Made by a program: the position numbers and the translations under genes
Assembly: GCA_964549685.1 (NCBI GenBank)
Contig: CAZJVE010000002.1
Location: forward strand, 5,246 to 69,245
Direction: 5' to 3'
Source of the DNA: an uncultured archaeon
GTDB taxonomy: Archaea; Altiarchaeota; Altiarchaeia; IMC4; QMZM01
Length of the DNA: 64,000 nucleotides
Part shown: positions 9,134 through 16,300 of the stretch, one piece after another
Position numbering within the stretch: the stretch's first letter is position 1
Layout of the letters: each line of letters starts with the position of its first letter
Notes under the pieces: model-generated
The model's database searches: none
What the model saw: the letters and a program-made list of their open reading frames with translations, nothing else
Told to the model about the DNA's origin: nothing

Positions 9134-11863
9134 ATGAAAGAGGTGGTTGAAGTGCCGCAGACACATAAAAATCTCATTCCGGTTCTGGCCCTGCTATTAC
9201 CTCTTCTATTTGTAGGATTCGCCGATGCCGCAGTTTACAATTGCAGCAGTTGTGCAGACTGCACCGGAAAGATACAGAATGCGTCTGCAGGAGATACCGT
9301 GTATCTTGTGGCGAATCTCACTAATTACTCTGGAAGCTGCATTGAATTTGGAGCCACTAATATAGAATTTGACTGCCAAGGGTACTTGATTGAGGGCTAT
9401 TCTGATTACTCTGGAATCCAAATAGGTGTGAAATATATGAGTGGGACAACCAACAACACCGTTAAAAACTGCATCATCGTGGGTTTTGGGCGTGGAATCT
9501 ACATATGGCAATCCCCTTACAACACCCTAATTAATAATACAGTCACAAGCAATGGCTACGGTTATGGAATCGACCTATGGTATTCCTCTTACAATAACCT
9601 CACCAACAACAACGCCTCAAACAACTATGCTGGAATTTATCTTGGTCACTCTGACTACAATATCCTAACTAATAACATTGCAAACCTAAACAATGGAGGG
9701 GTAGGACTCGGTTCTTCATCCAACAATACTCTAAATTCAAACCAGGTTTGCCATAATACAGACTCTGATTTTTATTTTTATATTTATGGTGGCCTAGACA
9801 ATTCTGGCGATGAAAACACCTGCGACAACCCGGGTGACTGGAACGACGCCACAACGACCGGATGTACTTATTCCTGCATCGCAACCACAACGACCACTAT
9901 CCTAGTGGAAGAATGCTCTCTGGTAGGCGACACCCCGCCCTGCGGCGAGGTCACTATGGGGGAAGTAATCGACCTCATAATCCTATGGTCCAACGAACAA
10001 GCAGAACTTGGGGATGTGCTGGACCTTATTGATGTATGGGCGAATCCCACCACGACGACTTCGACAACCACCACCTCAACCTCGACATCATCGACGACAA
10101 CAACCTGTCTAGGGGAGGGGGAACAGATTATGTTTGAGCCTTATCAAGTTTATGAAGTATGTTGTCCGGGTCTTACTTTGATTCGAGATGGTTATCCCTC
10201 GGAACGAATAGGTAGAGATGACTATTGCATATATGCTAGCTGTTCTTGTTATATCTGCACCAAATGCGGCAATGGAATTTGCGAGAATGATACGGGAGAA
10301 AACTGGTGCAGCTGTCCCGGGGATTGTCCAGAACCGGAGGAGGTTCCATGCACGACAGATGATGAGTGTGGAACGGATAGGTGTTGGATGGATGACAACA
10401 TATGTTATGAAATGGTATTTCAGTGTTATGAAAACGGCCAATGCTCAGCTATAACAACTACTGGTAGTTTTGTTAACTATTCGTGTGTAGGTATTTCGTG
10501 TGTTCCTCCAACAACATCAACCTCAACGACAACTACAACATCAACCAGCACAACCACGACAACCACAACGAGCACCACCACAACCTCGACGACCAGCACC
10601 ACCCTGATACCTGCAATGTTCCTGGACAATGCAACGCTGATGGTAAACGACACAAACAAAATCGCAGAATCGAACCCGTCTAGCCTGATAGTCATAAACA
10701 ATACGGGAGTGAACCTGACCTTCGCAGCAACCACGCCCCTGAATATAAGCATCTACGAGGACAGTCCGACGGGGACTTTACTCAACGAATTTGCCTGCAG
10801 CACGGTTCCATGCGGCGTTTGCAGCGTTCTCCTAACAGAGGGGAACGTAACGGAAATATTCGGTTTGGACGGGCTTGATGCGGAAAGACTCTACCTGGAG
10901 GCAGCGGCGGGCGCCTCCTCATGGAACCTGCTGAACATAACGCTGGGCGAAGCAAACATAACAAAGAGCAAAGACGCGGCACAGCTTAATGTCAGTACCT
11001 CCGTGCAAGTAAATGTAACTGCATACGACCAGCCGGTTCCCGGAGTAACCATTGCGGTCAGGAATTCCACTAATTCCACCATGAATTCCGGCGTAACAGA
11101 CAGCAACGGTTCCGTCGAGATACTGCTGGCCCCCACAGAGTCGGACACTCTCGGAATCTGGCTAAATGATGTGCCGTCTTCAGACCACACCATCAGCGCC
11201 ACCAATACTCTGTCCGTTGCCTACACACCCGAAGACCCAATATTGGGTCAGCCCATACTCCTTTATGTCCGGCCGTATGGTTCCACAACAGACCTGGTTG
11301 AAGACTCTTATGTTAACCTAAGGTCGCCGGGCGAGTCCGGATATACTCTATATGCGGCAGCAAACGGGACATATACTATCCAAACCCCAATAGTGGGCAC
11401 GTATGCAATATACGCGGTTAAGGATGGCTGGATTGATAGTGGCATTGCCTATATAATTTTTGGTGCATCATGCAACATAATGACATCGTGTATAACTACC
11501 ACATCAACGACCTCGACGACAACGACGATTCCCCAGTTGGCAGTGACCCACACTCCGTCAGTACCGAACATACTTGAATCGTTGATATTTTATGTAAGGC
11601 CATATGGCAACACCACAGCAATAGTTGAAAACTCCCATCTCTATCTAAGGGCGCCGGCTGAAGCAGCATATTGTCTATATGCTGCACCTGACGGAACCTA
11701 TACCATAATCTCGCCTGAAGCGGGTGACGAATATGCAGCATATGCAACCAAGGAGGGGTGGACAGATAGCGATGTTGTGTATACAGTAATCGCCGCTTCA
11801 TGTGACTGGGAGGGCTGGATAGACAGCGATGTTGCGTATACACTCGGTGCATATGACTGCTGA
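9134..11863 (+). CDS. large secreted surface protein: right-handed beta-helix (NosD/PbH1-like) repeats, poly-Thr linkers, Cys-rich module, tandem C-terminal beta-domains
   Basis: A signal/TM segment is followed by repeats of N-x-[LI]-x-N-N (NTLINNTVTSN, NNLTNNNASNN, NILTNNIANLN). Several TTTTSTSTT linkers are present. A ~85-aa unit is duplicated at the C-terminus. Confidence 0.8.
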   Translation: MKEVVEVPQTHKNLIPVLALLLPLLFVGFADAAVYNCSSCADCTGKIQNASAGDTVYLVANLTNYSGSCIEFGATNIEFDCQGYLIEGYSDYSGIQIGVKYMSGTTNNTVKNCIIVGFGRGIYIWQSPYNTLINNTVTSNGYGYGIDLWYSSYNNLTNNNASNNYAGIYLGHSDYNILTNNIANLNNGGVGLGSSSNNTLNSNQVCHNTDSDFYFYIYGGLDNSGDENTCDNPGDWNDATTTGCTYSCIATTTTTILVEECSLVGDTPPCGEVTMGEVIDLIILWSNEQAELGDVLDLIDVWANPTTTTSTTTTSTSTSSTTTTCLGEGEQIMFEPYQVYEVCCPGLTLIRDGYPSERIGRDDYCIYASCSCYICTKCGNGICENDTGENWCSCPGDCPEPEEVPCTTDDECGTDRCWMDDNICYEMVFQCYENGQCSAITTTGSFVNYSCVGISCVPPTTSTSTTTTTSTSTTTTTTTSTTTTSTTSTTLIPAMFLDNATLMVNDTNKIAESNPSSLIVINNTGVNLTFAATTPLNISIYEDSPTGTLLNEFACSTVPCGVCSVLLTEGNVTEIFGLDGLDAERLYLEAAAGASSWNLLNITLGEANITKSKDAAQLNVSTSVQVNVTAYDQPVPGVTIAVRNSTNSTMNSGVTDSNGSVEILLAPTESDTLGIWLNDVPSSDHTISATNTLSVAYTPEDPILGQPILLYVRPYGSTTDLVEDSYVNLRSPGESGYTLYAAANGTYTIQTPIVGTYAIYAVKDGWIDSGIAYIIFGASCNIMTSCITTTSTTSTTTTIPQLAVTHTPSVPNILESLIFYVRPYGNTTAIVENSHLYLRAPAEAAYCLYAAPDGTYTIISPEAGDEYAAYATKEGWTDSDVVYTVIAASCDWEGWIDSDVAYTLGAYDC

Positions 11864-11882
11864 TAGAAACATGTTCATGCCC

Positions 11883-11895
11883 GGCAGTGACCATA
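11883..11895. repeat. direct repeat GGCAGTGACCATA, left copy flanking the MNT/HEPN cassette
   Basis: Identical 13-mer at 11883..11895 and 12621..12633. The right copy is the P1 3' strand of the RNase P RNA gene. Confidence 0.7.
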
Positions 11896-11935
11896 ATCGC
11901 ACATTTTTAACCTCAAAACAAATATCCTTATCGAG

Positions 11936-12247
11936 ATGGACAAACGGAAGATAGCGGAGGATTTCGCATCGTCGGTCAAGAAGAAGAACCCGCAGATAAG
12001 GAAGATTATCCTCTTTGGCTCCGTGGCGAGGAAAGAGGATAAGAAGGGCTCTGACATAGACCTGATGCTAATCTCAGAGGGTGACAGCAGGGAGGTAAAG
12101 AAGAGCGTGATGAACGACGTAGTGGAAACCCTGCTGGACAAGTCCGTCTATGTCTCCGCAAAGGTCGTTTCGCAGAACGAATACGACAGGATCAAAAACA
12201 CTCACTTCATCTCCGAGATAGAGAACTCAGGTGTTCCGATTGGATGA
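11936..12247 (+). CDS. minimal nucleotidyltransferase (MNT-type antitoxin)
   Basis: Carries the motif GSVARKEDKKGSDIDLMLI (GS..D.D). It is 103 aa and overlaps the downstream HEPN gene. Confidence 0.85.
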   Translation: MDKRKIAEDFASSVKKKNPQIRKIILFGSVARKEDKKGSDIDLMLISEGDSREVKKSVMNDVVETLLDKSVYVSAKVVSQNEYDRIKNTHFISEIENSGVPIG

Positions 12248-12611
12248 AAAAGACCTGCTGATGGAGAAGGCAAAGGAAAAGCTTGAAGTGGCGAAGGATT
12301 TGCTTGAGGAAAAGCATTATTCCGATGCCGTAAGCAGGGCCTACTACTCGATGTTCTTCGCTGCGAGGGCTCTCCTTTCCATGAAAGACATGTACCCAAA
12401 AACGCACAGGGGTGTCATCTCCAAGGTCGCTGAAGAATTTGTGAAAGATAAGAAGCTAAGCCAGGATGTCTTCAGAGATTTCGCGGCGACGCAGGAGGAG
12501 CGAGAAAAGGCAGATTACGGAATAATATCCGATATTTCTAAAGATGATGCAAAAGATGCAGTAATGGCGGCCGAAAGATTCATTGGGGCGGCCAAAGAAC
12601 TTCTTGAATGA
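12231..12611 (+). CDS. HEPN-domain protein (toxin partner of MNT)
   Basis: 126-aa helical protein with AVSRAYYSMFFAARALL and KTHRGV, characteristic of the HEPN family. It overlaps the MNT gene by 17 nt. Confidence 0.8.
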   Translation: MFRLDEKDLLMEKAKEKLEVAKDLLEEKHYSDAVSRAYYSMFFAARALLSMKDMYPKTHRGVISKVAEEFVKDKKLSQDVFRDFAATQEEREKADYGIISDISKDDAKDAVMAAERFIGAAKELLE

Positions 12612-12615
12612 ACAG

Positions 12616-12896
12616 TATCAGGCAGTGACCATAGTCCATCTTCTGTGGGCTTTTAGAGCGCCTGCGCGAGCAGACTGTAGCCCTGGGGCATTCGTCTGAG
12701 CGGCCCGTAGGCCTTTCACCCAAAAGAGCATTCGTTTCACAATCCTGCTGATGTCTTCCCCCGGAGGGTCATAATTAACCATCAACAGGAATCTCGTCTC
12801 TGTGATGCTCCGCTGATTCTCACCAGCCGTTAGCAAGGGGTGGATGGAACTTCCTCACAGCCCGAAGCTGCGGAGCCCCACGGCCACTACCTGACA
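12616..12896 (-). ncRNA. rnpB: RNase P RNA (archaeal)
   Basis: Read on the minus strand. P1 is a 13-bp terminal helix, UCAGGUAGUGGCC/GGUCACUGCCUGA, whose two G-U pairs would be A-C mismatches on the other strand. P2 is GUGGG(G)CU/AGCCCAC and P3 is the hairpin GCAGC-UUCGG-GCUGU. A CR-I-like GAGGAAGUUCCAUCC pairs with a CR-IV/V-like ACAGAAGAUGGACUAU to form P4 with the conserved bulged U. A GGGUGAAAGG element is also present. A TATA box sits ~27 nt upstream. Confidence 0.8.
12621..12633. repeat. direct repeat GGCAGTGACCATA, right copy (inside the RNase P RNA 3' end)
   Basis: See the left copy. This copy lies 10 nt after the HEPN stop codon. Confidence 0.7.
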
Positions 12897-12917
12897 TAGA
12901 TATAAGGGCAGGAAAGG

Positions 12918-12926
12918 TTTAAATAA
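12918..12926 (-). promoter_or_regulatory. TATA box of the RNase P RNA gene
   Basis: Minus strand reads TTATTTAAA, 22 nt upstream of the first base of the P1 helix. It overlaps the stop codon of the upstream TIGR00725 gene. Confidence 0.45.
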
Positions 12927-13392
12927 GGCTCAGGGCGGCTTTTACCGCCTCTTTAGGCTTCGCCCGGTGGATTCCCTCCGCAACCCTGTCAACAGAATCA
13001 GAAATTCCCCCGCTGCCCTCAACGACAACAACGGGCTTCCCGTGGTTCAGCGCCAGCGCAACCTCCGACAGCGTGCCCACCCCGCCAGAGACTGCGATGA
13101 CCGCATCGGCACATGAGACGACGATGGAGTTCCTGGCATAGCCCATCCCCGTTGTTATTATAACATCAATATAAGAATTTGCATCCTCCTTGTCCAGCCC
13201 CGGCAGGATTCCCACCGTGGTTCCGCCCGCCTCCTTCGCGCCCCTGCACGCGGCCTCCATCACTCCCCCGCGGCCGCCGCAGATTAGAACACAGCCCTCC
13301 TTCGCAACGTCCCTGCCGATTCCCGCTGCAATATCTCTAACAGTCTCAGATAACTCGCTGTCACTACCCACCACTGCTATCTGCCTCATCAT
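12919..13392 (-). CDS. TIGR00725/SLOG (LOG-like Rossmann) family protein
   Basis: Contains IAVVGS...ICGGRGGVMEAACRGAKEAGGTTVGILPG...AVSGGVGTLSE. Confidence 0.8.
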   Translation of the reverse strand: MMRQIAVVGSDSELSETVRDIAAGIGRDVAKEGCVLICGGRGGVMEAACRGAKEAGGTTVGILPGLDKEDANSYIDVIITTGMGYARNSIVVSCADAVIAVSGGVGTLSEVALALNHGKPVVVVEGSGGISDSVDRVAEGIHRAKPKEAVKAALSLI

Positions 13393-16300
13393 AGCCCTCC
13401 ATGCTTGACAGCTTCTCCTCCAGAATGGACTCCAGGCTGAAGCCCTGCCTCATCATCGAGGCTATCTTATCTGCCAGTGATTTCCTCTTTAAGTTGATTT
13501 CATCAAGCTTCCTCTTCAGTTTATTGTCTTCATCCATGAGCTTACTCTTCTTTTCATGGAGCCTGGCCTCGCTTTCCTCCAGCGCCCTGACACTCACCCC
13601 CCTGCTCGTTCTAACCTTGTTCAATTCACCCTCAAGCCTCCGAAGTTCTGTGCTGATTTCATTGAACTTGACATTCATGGCTTCACTCTCCCCGACAATA
13701 ACCTCTATCCGGTTATCTATCCCCGTCATCTCCTTCTCCAGAGCGGGGCCGGTCTTCATCATCTCCTCTATAGACTTGGAGAGTTCCGTTTTCTTCCTTG
13801 TCATTATCTCCTGCCTGCTCTTGAGTCTCGCCTGCCTCTCAAGTATTTCTGCCCTCTTGTGCTTGATGGTCGTCCTCTGGGCCTGGATGCTCTTAAGCTC
13901 CTGGCTCTTGGAGACCTTCTCCCTCTCGACATCCTTCTCCTTGACATTAAGTTCGTTGATGCTGTTCCTTATCCCGCCGACTTTCTCCTTGAGAGCGGAT
14001 AACTCCCGCTCCATGGCCTGCGATTTATCATCCATGTCCTTCATCTCCTTCTCCAGAGCGGGGCCGGTCTTCATCATCTCCTCGATGGGCTTGGAGAGTT
14101 CTGCTTTCTTCTTCGTCATTATCTCCAGCATGCTCTTGATTTTTGCCTGCTTCTCAAGGAAGCCGATTCTTACCTTCTGAACCTCGGTCCTCTGGGCCTG
14201 AACCGCACCAAATTCACCCTCGCTCTTATCCCTTTCCTGCCCGATGGAATCCCTTCTTGAATCCAGATTCTTGATGTCCTGCACAGCAACCCTGATTTTC
14301 TTTGCCAGGGCCGGTAGTTCATGTTTCATGGCGACGGATTCGGTTTCAAGCGCACGAATCTCGGTCTCCAGACGGGATATCTCCTCCGAAACCGTTTTCT
14401 CCTCGGCAGAGGTGCTGTTTTTCTTGGCCTCGAGCCTCTGCATCTCCCCCTCAACGTCGGACTTCCGACCGACAAGCACACTCTTTTCGGTCATGATATC
14501 GGCCTTCTGCTCCCTCACGCCCGCAATCTCGTTCTCTCTCTGGACCTTCTCCTGCTCGATGCCCTTCTCCCTTGCATCAAGCTCCACAATCTGCTGCTCC
14601 ATCTCCTGAAGCCTAACGTCCAGTGCCGAAGAATCCTGATTGACGGACTGAATCGCCTCATCTACCTTCTCAAGCTCGGACTCCATAACGGAGCAGCTCT
14701 TCATAAGGTCTGTAAAACCGGCCTTTATCGTCCCTTTCTTATCCTCAAGCTCCCCAAGCTTTTTATTTATGTTCAGCCTCATGCCCGTGGCCTCGCTTTT
14801 CCGTTTCAGAACATTCTCCCTCTTTTCCTTGATATCAGAGAGACTCTTCTCTGCCCTGAATTTCTCCCCCTCGATGCTCTTCTCATTGGAACTAAGCTCC
14901 AAAACCTGCTGCCCTATCTCCTGCAGCCTGGTGTCCAGTGCCGAAAACTCCTTATCGACGGACTGAATGCTATTCTCAATCCCTTCAAGCTCAGACCCCA
15001 GCTCTGAGCGGCTCTTCATAAGCCCTGCGAATTCTTTTTTAAGGACCTTCTTCCTGTCACCAAGCCCCGCAAGCCTTTCCTTTATCTCCGTCTCCCTGGA
15101 AAGGAATTCCTGCTTCTCCTTCTCTATCTTCTCCTTACTCAGCTTAATCTCTCCAATCTCGTTCTCCTTATTGACCTTCTCCTGCTCGATGCCTTTTTCC
15201 GTGTTCTCAAGTTCCACAATCTGCTGCTCAAGGCCATTTATATTATCCTCCAGCGGATGCAACCCATCCTCGTTCGCCTTTAGTTTCTTCTCTATCTTTT
15301 CAAGAGCCTCCACAAAGACCTGCTCCTTGGCGACTATCGCTTTCTTTTCAGCTTCCTCTTCCAGTGCAGTTTCTTCCCCTCCGACCCCCTTAATCTTCTC
15401 ATTCAACCCGGTTTTCTTGACTTCAAGCTCCCGTATGTCCTCCTCTATCTCCGACTTCCTCTCAAGGAGTGCGTCCCTCTCGCTCAGAATCTTGGCCTTC
15501 TGCTCCCTCACGCCCGCAATCTCGTTCTCTCTCTGGACCTTCTCCTGCTCGATGCCTTTCTCCCTTGCATCAAGCTCTACAATCTGCTGCTCCATCTCCT
15601 GCAGCCTAACGCCAAGGTTAGAGAATTCCTGGTTAATCGACCGGATGTTGCCGTCAGCATTCTTGAGTTCAGACTCCAGGACAGAGCGCTTCTTCTTAAG
15701 CTCGGCAAACCCGGCTTTGATATCCCTTCTCTTATCTGCAAGCACCCCGAGCCTTTCCTTTATGCCCTGCATCAGGGCCGTAGCCTCCTCCCTTTTGCTT
15801 ACAATCTCCGCCTTTCTCTGCTTGATTTCAGAGAGTTCCGTTTCTCTGCGAACCCTATCCCTGTCAATGCTCTCCCCCTTGATATCAAGCCTGTCAATCT
15901 GTTGCCCGAGTTCCTCTATCTCTTCGTTCAGGGACGAGAACTCCTGATTCAGTGACCTAATCTCTTCATCGACGCCGTTTAATTCGGACTCTATATTGGA
16001 AATCTCTTCCGATACGGTCTTGTTTCTCATGAGCAGGCCCTTCTTGTTGGTCTCGAGCCCCTTCATATCCTCCTCTATCTCCGACTTCCGTTTCTGAAGG
16101 GCGCCCCTATTGCTCAGAATCTTGGCCTTCTGCCCCCTCACACCCGCAATCTCGTTCTCCTTATTGACCTTCTCCTGCTCGATGCCCTCCTCCCTGCTCT
16201 CAAGCCCCCGGATTTTTTCATTTACTTCCTCAACCTCTTTCTCCAGCGATGAAACCTTATCCTGAATGCCCTTCAACTCCTTTTCGATTTTGCTGAGCCC

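Noticed and set aside
10500-10610. ACN-rich low-complexity DNA tracts (also near 10045..10100, 11495..11525 and 45440..45495) that look like microsatellites.
   Set aside because: They are in-frame poly-Thr/Ser linker codons within secreted proteins, not non-coding repeats.
12618-12836. 72-aa minus-strand ORF from the track.
   Set aside because: It lies entirely inside the RNase P RNA gene. It has no SD, and its composition is not protein-like.
12612-12918. First reading of this structured non-coding gap as archaeal SRP (7S) RNA, because of its ~280-300 nt size and a terminal helix pairing the 5' and 3' ends.
   Set aside because: No convincing helix 8 with a GNAR tetraloop or the AGCA/GGAA loops could be drawn. 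In contrast, the CR-I-like GAGGAAGUUCC and the ACAGAA-N3-GGACUAU element pair into a bulged-U P4 helix, which fits RNase P RNA. It is reported as rnpB.
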